From Ranitomeya imitator (taxonomy: Eukaryota), in NCBI RefSeq assembly GCF_032444005.1, contig NC_091285.1, positions 56,296,001 to 56,360,000 of the forward strand: a stretch of 64,000 nt of DNA, in the 5' to 3' direction. Under the pieces are notes generated by a model. It did not search any database and was not told the DNA's origin. It saw nothing but the letters and a program-made list of their open reading frames with translations. Of the stretch, positions 13,106-24,377 are shown one piece after another. The position numbers and the translations under genes are program-made. How positions within the stretch are numbered: position 1 is the first letter of the stretch; every line of letters begins with the position of its first letter.

Positions 13106-15517
13106 CTGTTCTGTGCTTGGGGAAGTTTCTTTGAGACATTCAGTTCCTTGTTCTGTATTATCAGCATCAATCAGGTTTTCCACAGGAACATTTCCACTAG
13201 GATTCATGTAAGTAAAGTCCCCCTCAGTAGGATCCAGTGCCACACACATATTATATGAGTATGGTAAAGGTAACGATCCATCACTATACATGGAGAAGGT
13301 CCTGGGATCAATTGGAGGATACAGATTTGTAGTGAGAGAAGAGAAGGCCGGTAATGGTTTTGGCTGCTTACATTTGGATATAATTGCCGCCATCACAGTT
13401 ATTATGAAGAGCAAGGAAATAAGAGCAAGTCCAACCACTAAGTAGAATTGTAAGTTGCTTTGAATTTCTTCATCTTTCAGTTTGTTGCTGAGCTTAGGAA
13501 CAACCTGCTGAAAGTCATCTGCAATAATAAGACTTAAAGTGGCTGAAGAAGACAGAGAGGGATTTCCATTGTCCTTCACCATTACCACAACCTTAAAATT
13601 CAACGTGTCCTTTTCTTGAAAAATACATGATGTTCTGATCTCACCTGTGTACTCACTTATCACAAAATGAATTGAGTCTGACAGTTGTATGAAGTGATAA
13701 GAGAGCCAGGAATTATGTCCAGAGTCTGCATCCACTGCCACCACTTTAGTTATTAAAGAACCAGTCTCAGAAACAAAAGGCACCATCTCAAACACAGCCG
13801 ACCCACCAGTATCTGGTGATGGGTATAAGATCTTTGGGGCATTATCATTCTGGTCCACAATATGGATAAATAATGTAACATTGCTGCTCAGAGAGGGGGA
13901 TCCATTGTCTGAAGCTGTGACTTCTATTATAAACTCCTTGTTCTGCTCATAATCAAATGATCTTTGAGCATAGAGAACGCCGGTCTCTATATTGATAGAG
14001 AGATAAGATGTCATTGATGGAGTTTCTGTAATGGCGCTGGAAATTGAGTAAATAATTCTAGCATTGTCTCCAGTGTCAGGATCTGAGGCTTGTATACTGA
14101 ATATTGAAGCTCCTGGTAAATTGTTCTCTGGCACATAGGCCACATAAGTAGATTTAGAAAATATTGGTGGGTTGTCATTGACATCTGATACATCCAATGT
14201 GAGAACTCGTGTACTGGAAAGAGGAGGAGATCCTCTATCTGTGGCTATAATGGAGATATTATAAGAAGATGTTTTCTCTCTGTCTATGGCAGCACTCAAA
14301 ACAAGTCTATAGTAAGTGTTTGATGATAATAAATTAAAAGGAACATCTTCAAGAATTTGGCAGTCAACATCTGCATTATCTCCAGAATCTTGGTCATGAA
14401 CTTCAATCAGAGCGATCATTGTCCCAGGAGCAGAATCCTCAGGAATAGGAGAAGATAATGAGGTGATGGATATCTCAGGAGCATTGTCATTTACATCTAG
14501 AACTTCCACCAGAACTTTACAATGAGCTACAAGACCTCCTCCATCTCTTGCTTGTACAGACAATTCATAATTCTTCATTACTTCAACATCTAAGTTTTCA
14601 TTGATCTTTATTTCACCATTGGTTGAGTTGATGCTGAATATTCCTGTATGGTGGATGTTTCCAGATGTTTTAATAAAAGAATATGTGATCTGAGCATTGA
14701 TCCCTTCATCATTGTCTGTAGCATTTAACATGATCACTGTTGAATTAACTGGAATGTTTTCCTTTAAGTTGACTTTATATATTTTTTGCTTAAATATAGG
14801 GGCATTGTCATTGGCATCTACAACAATAACTTTTAATAATGTTGTTCCAGACCGGACAGGATTTCCTCCATCAAAGGCTGTTAGTATTAATCTATGAATG
14901 TCTTGTTTCTCTCTATCTAATGGTTTCTCCAGGACAAGCTCTGGAAATTTATTTCCATCTGTTCTGATATCCTCAGTGAGTGTAAAATACTGATTATCAC
15001 TGAGCTTGTATGTCTGCACTGAATTACTACCAATATCTGGATCTTCTGCATTTTGTAAAGCAAATCTTGATCCTTCTGATGTAAATTCGATTATTTCCAG
15101 AGTAATTGAATTGTGATAGAATTGTGGAGAATTATCATTTATATCCTGAATATCAACTCTAATGTTAAAATTATTGAAGGGATTTTCAACCACAGCATCA
15201 AAGGTTAAAAAACATGAAGCCTCCGCACCACACAATGTCTCTCTGTCTATCCTGTCCTTTATATATAGGATTCCATTATCAATATTTATATAGAAATATT
15301 TCTCTGCTGATCTGGATACAATTCTCAGTTTTCTAGATGAGAGCTGATTATTATCTAATCCAAGGTCATCTGCAATATTTGCTATAACAGAGTCTTTCCT
15401 CATCTCTTCCACAATGGAATAATGAATCTGACCGGAGACTGAATAATGAAGATAAGAAAATAAGAGAAATATTACTTGCCATCTCATTCCTTTGCAGTCC
15501 TGTATAGGAGGCTCCAT
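13106..15517 (-). CDS. pcdhg: Protocadherin gamma variable exon, intact
   Basis: ATG at 15517, six EC repeats, TM, cytoplasmic motif; CAG|GTAAG donor at 13106/13105; 2412 bp. Confidence 0.96.
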
Positions 15518-15767
15518 CTTGACCTTCGTTAGTGATTATTTTCCCAATTTTCCACAAAATATTCAGCAATACTTTATCATCCAATACAAATATTAAACAG
15601 AAAAATGTTCATGATTTCTGTAATTGTTTTTAAAATTGTTTAGTTAGCTTTGTATCCAGGAGAATACAGAAAATGTCTGTGGTTCTTTCTGCAGATCAGC
15701 AATGTGTCTGACAAAGGAAAACTCCCATGGATTTCTAGTTTAGCATTTTTTTTCCTTTGTGGTTAAA

Positions 15768-15803
15768 CAGCGGCGCTCAGAGGTGAAAATATAGAATTAC
15801 AAT
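15768..15803 (-). promoter_or_regulatory. Pcdh CSE / CTCF-type site 3
   Basis: Core identical to the other sites. The upstream module reads TTACAAT rather than TTGCAAT on the plus strand. 251 bp from the ATG. Confidence 0.85.
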
Positions 15804-16276
15804 ATCTTTCTATTACCTTATTATGTCTATATTTTAAAATTTAAAAACATTTATTTTAAATGCTCTTAACATTTTCATCGCATAAAGTAAGTGTTTTTAT
15901 ATTATTTGTATTTGATGATTTAACTGCCATTATGTTCAGTTTTATTAAAGCAGGATTAAACAACCAGAAAAAGTAATTTCTTGAAATCTTTTTATAAAAT
16001 TATAAAAAAATGTATAAAAAAAAGTTCCTTCTTTACATCGAAATGTAACTTTGTTGGTATAAAAAATTATTACAGTTGCAAAGTTACAAAGTACAGTTGA
16101 AATGAGACATATGTTCATCAAATTCAACCAGGGAATAAAAGCGGAAGACGAGACATAACTGACAGCAACCCAGGAAGAATCAGAGTTCAGATTCCATGTC
16201 TGAAAGTATTCTGGAATAATGAAAGCTAAGCTTTTACTTTTTGCTGTAGATAACAAGGAAACTTTTTTTATTGGGC

Positions 16277-16278
<2 letters not shown>

Positions 16279-16325
<47 letters not shown>
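16279..16325. repeat. (TA)n microsatellite
   Basis: Read directly. Confidence 0.95.
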
Positions 16326-16329
<4 letters not shown>

Positions 16330-16810
16330 ACAAAGGTTAGTACAAATGGTAAACATGGAAAAAGAATGCCAAAAAATTCAACAACATATCGATCTTTAAT
16401 TTGCAAATTTACAATGTTTTTGAAATTTTTTATTTTTTATGTAGGAAGGAATCACAAATCTAGAGTGTATGAAGATATAAAATTTATTATATTTTCTGCA
16501 GTATTCTATATGGATAAGCATACACAGTCACAAGAGGTCAGTCGATCGGCACCGAACGAGCTTTCTCACATTCAGACCTCCACAAATTCTCCTTAGAGAC
16601 CAGACGAGGTAAGCTTCTTCTGAAGACGGGGCGGTGCATGCACAAGACGCAGCTGAATCACCAATACATGAGGAGATGAATGAAAGCAGCACTCACCCGT
16701 GATCTTCAATGATAATATAGTCCTTTATTGACCGTGGCTCAACATTCCCAGCTAGGAACAAGGCAGGTTACAACATGAGGAGGGAGCGGTGAGGGAGGGT
16801 GCAGAGACGA

Positions 16811-16857
16811 GACAGACGACGGCCGTTTCGCGAACAATTGCTTCAACGGGTCCAGTG
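16811..16857 (-). ncRNA. Second copy of the hammerhead motif, in the inverted pLTR
   Basis: Reverse complement of 20884-20930, with stem II GCAA instead of GCGA and a change at the outer end of stem I. Confidence 0.55.
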
Positions 16858-17468
16858 AGTTGTGTTAGTGACGTCATATCCTCTTATAGGAGTTGACGCC
16901 CTACTTACCACATATGGGTGCAATTAACAAATACTAAAAACAACATAACTCATTCTACTATCTCCACATTTTAACGGATCTAAAGGAAAACCGCCATGTC
17001 TAATTTATCGTTAAGACCCCAAGCACCTTGTGCGTCAGTTTTTAGAATCCAGTGTGCTTCGCGCTGTAATAATAATTTATTATGGTTTCCTCCTTGCTGA
17101 GGGAATTTAACTACCTCTAAGCCGGCAAAACTAAGGGTACTAGGGTCGCCACCATGCGCATCATGTATATGTTTTACCAGGCGCACACGCCCCTTCCCTG
17201 TAAGTACAGAGTTAAAGTGCTCGCGAAACCTAACCAATAGGGGTCTTATGGTTTTTCCGATATAAAAACGGTGACAAGGGCAGAAAATAACGTATACCAC
17301 AAATTTACATTTACATGTTATGAAGTCTCTAAGGAGAATTTGTGGAGGTCTGAATGTGAGAAAGCTCGTTCGGTTCCGATCGACTGACCTCTTGTGACTG
17401 TGTATGCTTACTGCTCTTTTTGGTGATCAGAGCACGAAAGGTGAGCCCCCGTCAGACCGCAATCCATT

Positions 17469-18299
17469 ATGTTGACAGATGAAATGGAAGATTTGACTAA
17501 TGGCGATGAAGCTGTTAATGGCCTTATGGCAGGCAGAGAGGGAGCGGGGCAGTTTTTTACGGATTGTAACCACAAAGATGAACTGGAGCTGATAAGCACC
17601 AAGTCCCTGGAAGTTAAAATCCAGAATCTGGCAGAAAAAGAAATTCGCCTTTATTGGACAATTAAGTCTTTAAAGTCTTATATGGATTGTAATCATGTCC
17701 CGAGAGGTTTAAGAGTATTTAAAGAGATTTCGCAGTTTAAGGAGGATCCTGGCTTCTTGAAAGCATGGGAGCAAATTCATCTTGAGTGCTCTCGAAACCT
17801 GCTACAATTAGTCACCACTCAGAATGAGAAAGACTATAAATTTATCTGTGAACAATTGGAAAAATCTAAATGTGAACTCTCCTCCCGCATAAGTGTGGAT
17901 AATTTTAGATCCTTTGAGAAAAAGTTAGAGAAAAAATTGATCGTAGTCCAGATGGACACGAAAGAAAAGAAAAAAGAGAAATTTCTCAGAGATAAGCGGG
18001 ATTTTGATTCAGGACAGATTTTTACATGGAATCAAAATAAGCCTAAAAAACCTTTTTCCCGGTTTCGTTCTAAGAAATTTTCCAAATATCAGAAAACGTC
18101 TCGCGATGGATGGATAACAGACTCAGATTCCAGCGCTACGGAGAAGGGTGGAGAAGAAGTGGCTTCCACCTCTAATGCCACACTTCCACTCCCAGCACCG
18201 GTTAAAAATCCAATCCCTTTAGGAGGAAAAAAATCCGGCGAGGTGGCAGAAGAAAAAAGCGCTTGGAAGAAACGCAAACAAGTGTCTTGGAGACGTTAG
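17469..18299 (+). CDS. PLE ORF1 / N-terminal domain (basic, coiled-coil-like)
   Basis: 276-aa ORF with VPRGLR, W-E-x-I-H-L-E-C-S and KKEKFLRDKRDF...W motifs, resembling as I recall them Neptune-type N-terminal regions. Overlaps the RT frame. Confidence 0.75.
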   Translation: MLTDEMEDLTNGDEAVNGLMAGREGAGQFFTDCNHKDELELISTKSLEVKIQNLAEKEIRLYWTIKSLKSYMDCNHVPRGLRVFKEISQFKEDPGFLKAWEQIHLECSRNLLQLVTTQNEKDYKFICEQLEKSKCELSSRISVDNFRSFEKKLEKKLIVVQMDTKEKKKEKFLRDKRDFDSGQIFTWNQNKPKKPFSRFRSKKFSKYQKTSRDGWITDSDSSATEKGGEEVASTSNATLPLPAPVKNPIPLGGKKSGEVAEEKSAWKKRKQVSWRR

Positions 18300-20761
18300 A
18301 GACACGTAGTGAGGATAGCCACACAGATGACTCGCTCCAAGTTATTAATTTATCACAAAGAATGCTCACAGAGGATCAAATAAAAGTTCTCTCACGAGGG
18401 GTTAATTTTTGTCTGCCTGAGGCTTTTGACTTAAATGATTTCAAAATTGATTTATTTAAAGGTGTTAGAAAGCTACATTTACATGAACACTTTTCTAAAT
18501 GTAAGGATAATCAGGCCAGCTCAGTCTCTACAGATACACCAGCCACAGTGGGATCATTGGGCTTTATGGTATATCCTGTTATGGATCAAGGGGATATTGA
18601 AATGAGTACACTACTAGCGGGGTTAAGTGAGGACGCTGAAGAGGTTCATGATGATCGGCAAATAGCTTTTAAACATGGTCCAGCAAACCCCTTTACAGGG
18701 GGTACAAAATCTAGCTGGATGCCTCCTATCTCACCCGGTAATAATATAGATCTTTTTCAGGAGTTGGTGATCAAAGATGTAGAGGCATTATTATATAGAC
18801 AACCTCAATCCAATTTGTCATTTGAAGAGAAAAGAGCCCTGAAAGAATTACAGAGGTGGGACGATGTAATCATTAGAAAAGCCGATAAAGGCGGTAACCT
18901 CATTATTTTGGATAAAGCGTATTACATCGAGGAGGCTTTGTCCCAACTAAATGACTCCAGCACATATTTGCTTTTACCTAATAATCCGACTAATAGGATC
19001 AAACAAAAACTAAGAACACTGTTACGAAAATATGTAGAAAAGGGGACCATTTCTAAAAAACGAACAGAAAAATTAATACCTGAATTCCCACATTTCCCTA
19101 CCTGGTACAGTATCCCAAAGATTCATAAGAATGCAGAGCGTCCCCCTGGATGCCCAATAGTTTCAGGGAAGAATTCAGTGACTGAGCCGTTATCCCAGTT
19201 TTTAGATTGGTTGTTGAAACCCCTATTGTTGAAAATACCTTCGTTCGTCAAAGATTCAGGTGACTTCTTATTGGCGCTTAAGAACTTTGTTTTGCATCCC
19301 ACCTTCGCCCTAACTTCGATAGACATTGTTAATCTGTATACGAGAATACCACAACAAAAAGGCTTGGAAGCTATCCAACGTATTCTTCTTAATACAGACA
19401 AAGATCATGACTTTGTTTCGTTTGTGCTGGAAGGACTTGAATTTGTGCTGTGCAATAACACCTTTAAATTCTTGGATAAATGGTACAGTCAAAGGGTTGG
19501 TACCTCGATGGGTACCCCGGTGGCGTGCGTTTTCGCGAACCTGTTTCTTGCAGCGTTTGAGGAGAAGCACATCACCGGAGCCCTAAATCCATACCTAAAA
19601 CATATACGCCTTTATCTGCGTTTCGCGGATGACGTTTTCATTGTGTGGGATGGAGGTGAACCCACATTTAACGATTTTGTCAGCTTCTTAAATAATAATA
19701 ACGATCAAAATATGAAATTTACGTCCGTATTTGGAGATAAGCAACTAGAATTTCTGGATGTAAAAATTGAGATAGAGGAAGGCAGTATCAAAACTAGTGT
19801 TCACAGAAAAACAACGGCGACTAATAATGTGTTGCATTTTCAGAGCGCTCATCCAGCTCACACTAAGTGTGGTATCCCATTTAGTCAGATGGTAAGATTA
19901 AGAAAAATTAATAATTGTGAGGAAAGTTACATAAAACAACTGGAGGATCTCAAATTGCGCTTCAGAAATAGAGGTTATCCCAATCACATACTGCAAAAGG
20001 CAGAACAAAGGGCCGCCAATTTAACCCAAGCTGATCTTTTAAGGAAAGGGAGAAATAAGAGTAGAGGAAATAATACGACGTTGACTAATCGTAAAGAAAA
20101 CGGGACTTTTACTTTTTTATTTAAACATAGTCCACTTGATGATAACATCCATGCAGCCATCCGAAAAAATTGGCACGTGATTAAAAATGATACCGCTTTT
20201 CGCGATTTAACCACCTGTATCCCGCGTTTTGCCTATAAACGAACAGTAAATTTGGGCGACTTGGTAGTAAAGCACCGGCTGTCTGCTGATACCAGCAGCT
20301 GGATCAAAAAATCGCTCCCGCAAGGTAATTTCAGGTGCGGTGGTTGCAAAATGTGTCACCTCCATAATATTACTAATCCCCTCAAAATAGGCACTTTTTT
20401 TCATTTCGTAAAAGACTTCATAACATGTAAATGTAAATTTGTGGTATACGTTATTTTCTGCCCTTGTCACCGTTTTTATATCGGAAAAACCATAAGACCC
20501 CTATTGGTTAGGTTTCGCGAGCACTTTAACTCTGTACTTACAGGGAAGGGGCGTGTGCGCCTGGTAAAACATATACATGATGCGCATGGTGGCGACCCTA
20601 GTACCCTTAGTTTTGCCGGCTTAGAGGTAGTTAAATTCCCTCAGCAAGGAGGAAACCATAATAAATTATTATTACAGCGCGAAGCACACTGGATTCTAAA
20701 AACTGACGCACAAGGTGCTTGGGGTCTTAACGATAAATTAGACATGGCGGTTTTCCTTTAG
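18263..20761 (+). CDS. PLE reverse transcriptase + Cys-rich linker + GIY-YIG endonuclease
   Basis: 832-aa open frame: IRKADKGG, PKIHK, GTSMG, RFADD (RT); CGGCKMC linker; VVYVIFCPCHRFYIGKT (GIY-YIG). The listed start is a TTG; the frame is open from 18206. Confidence 0.92.
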   Translation: MEETQTSVLETLETRSEDSHTDDSLQVINLSQRMLTEDQIKVLSRGVNFCLPEAFDLNDFKIDLFKGVRKLHLHEHFSKCKDNQASSVSTDTPATVGSLGFMVYPVMDQGDIEMSTLLAGLSEDAEEVHDDRQIAFKHGPANPFTGGTKSSWMPPISPGNNIDLFQELVIKDVEALLYRQPQSNLSFEEKRALKELQRWDDVIIRKADKGGNLIILDKAYYIEEALSQLNDSSTYLLLPNNPTNRIKQKLRTLLRKYVEKGTISKKRTEKLIPEFPHFPTWYSIPKIHKNAERPPGCPIVSGKNSVTEPLSQFLDWLLKPLLLKIPSFVKDSGDFLLALKNFVLHPTFALTSIDIVNLYTRIPQQKGLEAIQRILLNTDKDHDFVSFVLEGLEFVLCNNTFKFLDKWYSQRVGTSMGTPVACVFANLFLAAFEEKHITGALNPYLKHIRLYLRFADDVFIVWDGGEPTFNDFVSFLNNNNDQNMKFTSVFGDKQLEFLDVKIEIEEGSIKTSVHRKTTATNNVLHFQSAHPAHTKCGIPFSQMVRLRKINNCEESYIKQLEDLKLRFRNRGYPNHILQKAEQRAANLTQADLLRKGRNKSRGNNTTLTNRKENGTFTFLFKHSPLDDNIHAAIRKNWHVIKNDTAFRDLTTCIPRFAYKRTVNLGDLVVKHRLSADTSSWIKKSLPQGNFRCGGCKMCHLHNITNPLKIGTFFHFVKDFITCKCKFVVYVIFCPCHRFYIGKTIRPLLVRFREHFNSVLTGKGRVRLVKHIHDAHGGDPSTLSFAGLEVVKFPQQGGNHNKLLLQREAHWILKTDAQGAWGLNDKLDMAVFL

Positions 20762-20883
20762 ATCCGTTAAAATGTGGAGATAGTAGAATGAGTTATGTTG
20801 TTTTTAGTATTTGTTAATTGCACCCATATGTGGTAAGTAGGGCGTCAACTCCTATAAGAGGATATGACGTCACTAACACAACT

Positions 20884-20930
20884 GACTGGACCCGTTGAAG
20901 CGATTGTTCGCGAAACGGCCGTCGTCTGTC
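20884..20930 (+). ncRNA. Minimal hammerhead ribozyme variant in the PLE pLTR
   Basis: Stem I GAC(T)GGAC/GTCTGTC; core CCGTTGAA; stem II GCGA-TTGT-TCGC; GAAA; palindromic stem III ACGGCCGT; GTC cleavage triplet at 20921-20923. Confidence 0.65.
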
Positions 20931-22715
20931 TCGTCTCTGCACCCTCCCTCACCGCTCCCTCCTCATGTTGTAACCTGCCTTGTTCCTAGCTGGGAATGTT
21001 GAGCCACGGTCAATAAAGGACTATATTATCATTGAAGATCACGGGTGAGTGCTGCTTTCATTCATCTCCTCATGTATTGGTGATTCTATATGGATAATAT
21101 ATCCCAAAAGTACCGTCCTATAAACTCTCAATAATTGTGATATTTGGCATATCAATTCTTCAGATAAGAACCTTCAGTCTCTCAAATAGAAGATGATCCG
21201 TAGGAAATTTTAACATCAATCATTGAATCAATTGTGTAAAGGAAACAACTGCTTTTAATCCAGTGCAATTTCACTGTCATTAAATTGATTCTTCATATAT
21301 TTTACTGAGAGAAAATCAGGTCTGTGTAGTCTTGCTCCAAAAAGTCAGTATAAGGGTTCTGTGTTTTACAGTAACTGATTTTCTGTAATCTCACGCGCAG
21401 TGCCAATTGACCAATGTTTTGCATTTTAAATAAAAAAACAGGTCAGTTTATCCTGATGATGTCATTGATAGTGTGCATTTCATCCATTACAATGTTTTAG
21501 GGACATGACTCGACGGTGGTGGTGAGGTTTGCATCGCCGTCCTAAACACCTTGTTACTTTACCCCTGATTGCGTCAGTGCTTTGTAGTAGTTTTATGATT
21601 ACCCATTTTCTGGCCACAAGTATGAGAACTAGAGTTGAGCGACCTTGACCTTTTTAGAGTCGAGCCGGGTTTTGCGAAACCCGACTATGTCCAAAGTCGG
21701 GTCGAGTGAAATCGGCCGATTATGACGTAAAGTCGGGATCGACCGAAACACGAAACCCAATGCAAGTCAATGGGGCAGCATAGTCGGCAGTGAGTGGGGG
21801 CCAGGAAAACACCTAGAGTGGCCATTTTAATGTCAAAACCATCCATTCTTCTTAATGAAGCTTGTCAAGCGTAATTTACCTTATAATAATTGGAAGGCAT
21901 TTGAAATTGGGGGTCATTTGGCTAAAGTTGTGGGGGGTAGGGCTGGTTCAAGTAATTAGTGGGCCCAGGAAATCTGGACCACGTCACGGCAGTGGAGCAG
22001 GGAGAGGTAAGTATTTCAACTTTGCAAGTGCTGTGAACCTGAGCAAGCAGGGGGGGCCCACTCGTTGGCATTGGCACTGGCACAGGGCCCCTCAAAGTAC
22101 AGCGGTGTGTTTGCACGGCGGGGGCGCCTCCCACCGGCAGCAACACTTTTGCGTACTATGAGAGGCCCTGTGCCAGTGACGTCGCCAACTAGTATTCCTC
22201 CCCCCACCTGATGAAGGAACCTGCACTTTCATCTGCACCTTCCTCTTTGTCCCCGTGTAAGGTGGTATGGTATGCGGGAAGAGCAACCTGACTTTCAGCA
22301 GGGTCACAATGTTGTTGTGTAGCGTGCACGGGGAATGTTGCGTTATGGGTCAATGTACCAGCAGACTCATCTATCACTGGCTGGGCAATGGGCACGATGA
22401 AGTGGAAACACAGATATAGGCCCAAAGAAGAAAGTGGGCTAAATGCAGTTCAAAATTGGTAACACAGGAATAACCAGGGGGCATTGCAGTGGAGGACAAC
22501 TGGAATGAGAGGCTGACACAGAGAGTAGGGCCAAATCAGTAAGTAGTCGAAATGCAGTTCAAAATTGGCAACCGTAGTAAACAGGCGGCACAGCTTTGTT
22601 CAGTGGAGGAGAACAGCAAGGAGTGGCAGACACCGATAGTAGGCCCCAAACCAACTAGTACGCCAAATGCAGTTGTTCCATTTAACCACAATTTAATGAG
22701 AGCCTGAAGATAGAA

Positions 22716-23925
22716 GCTCAGGAAAGGCAACCTGGGGAACACCTTGGAGTGTAACACACCATCTCTCTCCACCCCATACCCATTTTGTATGGCCTAATGC
22801 AGTGTACTTTTCTACAACTACTAAACGAGAGTCGGAAGACCGAAGCAATGGCAAGGAAACCTGGGGAACACCTTAGAGTGTAACACACCCTCTCTCTACA
22901 CCCCATACCCAATTTGAAGGCCTAATGCAGTGTAGTTTCCAAGAACTACTAAACGAGAGCCGGAAGATCGAAGCTCAGGAAAGGCAACCTGGGGAACACC
23001 TTGGAGTGTAACACACCCTCTCGCTACACCCCATACCCAATTTGAAGGCCTAATGCAGCGTAGTTTCCAACAACTACTAAACGAGAGCCGGAAGATCGAA
23101 GCTCAGGAAAGGCAACCTGGGGAACACCTTGGAGTGTAACAAACCCTCTCTCTACACCCCATACCCAATTTGTAGGCCTAATGCAGCGTAGTTTCCGACA
23201 ACTACTAAACGAGAGCATGAAGATCGAAGCTCAGGAAAGGCAACCTGGGGAACACCTTGGAGTGTAACACACCCTCTCTCTACACCCCATACCCAATTTG
23301 TAGGCCTAATGCAGCGTAGTTTCCGACAACTACTAAACGAGAGCCGGAATATCGAAGCTCAGGAAAGGCAACCTGGGGAACACCTTGGAGTGTAACACAC
23401 CCTCTCTCTACGCCCCATACCCAATTTGTAGGCCTAATGCAGCGTAGTTTCCGACAACTACTAAACGAGAGCCGGAATATCGAAGCTCAGGAAAGGCAAC
23501 CTGGGGAACACCTTGGAGTGTAACACACCCTCTCTCTACACCCCATACCCAATTTGAAGGCCTAATGCAGTGTAGTTTCCAAGAACTACTAAACGAGAGC
23601 CGGAAGATCGAAGCTCAGGAAAGGCAACCTGGGGAACACCTTGGAGTGTAACACACCCTCTCGCTACACCCCATACCCAATTTGAAGGCCTAATGCAGCG
23701 TAGTTTCCAACAACTACTAAACGAGAGCCGGAAGATCGAAGCTCAGGAAAGGCAACCTGGGGAACACCTTGGAGTGGAACACACCATCTCTCTACACCCC
23801 ATACCCAATTTGAAGGCCTAATGCAGAGTAGTTTCCAAGAACTACTAAACGAGAGCCGGAAGATCGAAGCTCAGGAAAGGCAACCTGGGGAACACCTTGG
23901 AGTGTAACACAACGTCTCTCTACAC
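22716..23925. repeat. 128-bp tandem array inside the hAT (about 9.5 units)
   Basis: GCTCAGGAAAGG recurs at 22973, 23101, 23229, 23357, 23485, 23613, 23741 and 23869. Confidence 0.95.
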
Positions 23926-24377
23926 GACGGAAGGGCTGATTCTTAGGAAGGAAGGCTGTTGGAAATAAGCATTGCGCGTCCGAGGGTGATTATATTCTTA
24001 TTAGGTATATACTCACCCTCGGACGCGCCCTGCTTCTTTATTTGGAATGAATGTTTATTTGCAATGTGGTGTTGACTTTCTCTATTATTTTGGTAATTAA
24101 TGATTTTATTATTTTCATTATTTTGCATCTTCTCGGCAATAATATAAAGAAGACGCGACAGGACAACACTCGGTGGATGCCATATGTGTGTTTTCAATTT
24201 AAAAAAACTTTCAGTTAACTACTTGCAGGAGAAAGTAATTGTAGCTGGTGGCCATTTTTAGTACTGTACCAGATTAGAGTTGTGTGTTTGTTTTTAATGT
24301 TAAAATGTCTGCATTTGATATCTCACCAGTATTTTCTTTTTTATAAGCAAAATACTTATTTTTATATTTTCTGATGT

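Larger units (their letters stand above)
16518..21082 (+). mobile_element. Penelope-like retroelement (Neptune type) with an inverted 5'-truncated copy/pLTR at its left end
   Basis: Direct flanking repeat ATTCTATATGGATAA at 16503-16517 and 21083-21097. Segment 16655-17325 is the reverse complement of about 20410-21086, and 16517-16600 is the reverse complement of 17325-17410. Encodes RT and GIY-YIG domains. Confidence 0.93.

Noticed and set aside
16980-17300. 106-aa GIY-YIG ORF as a separate gene
   Set aside because: It is the inverted duplicate of the PLE 3' end, starting mid-domain.
17441-17479. AAG|GTGAGC ... TTGACAG apparent mini-intron before PLE ORF1
   Set aside because: 39 nt is too short for a vertebrate spliceosomal intron; the sites could only work with other partners.
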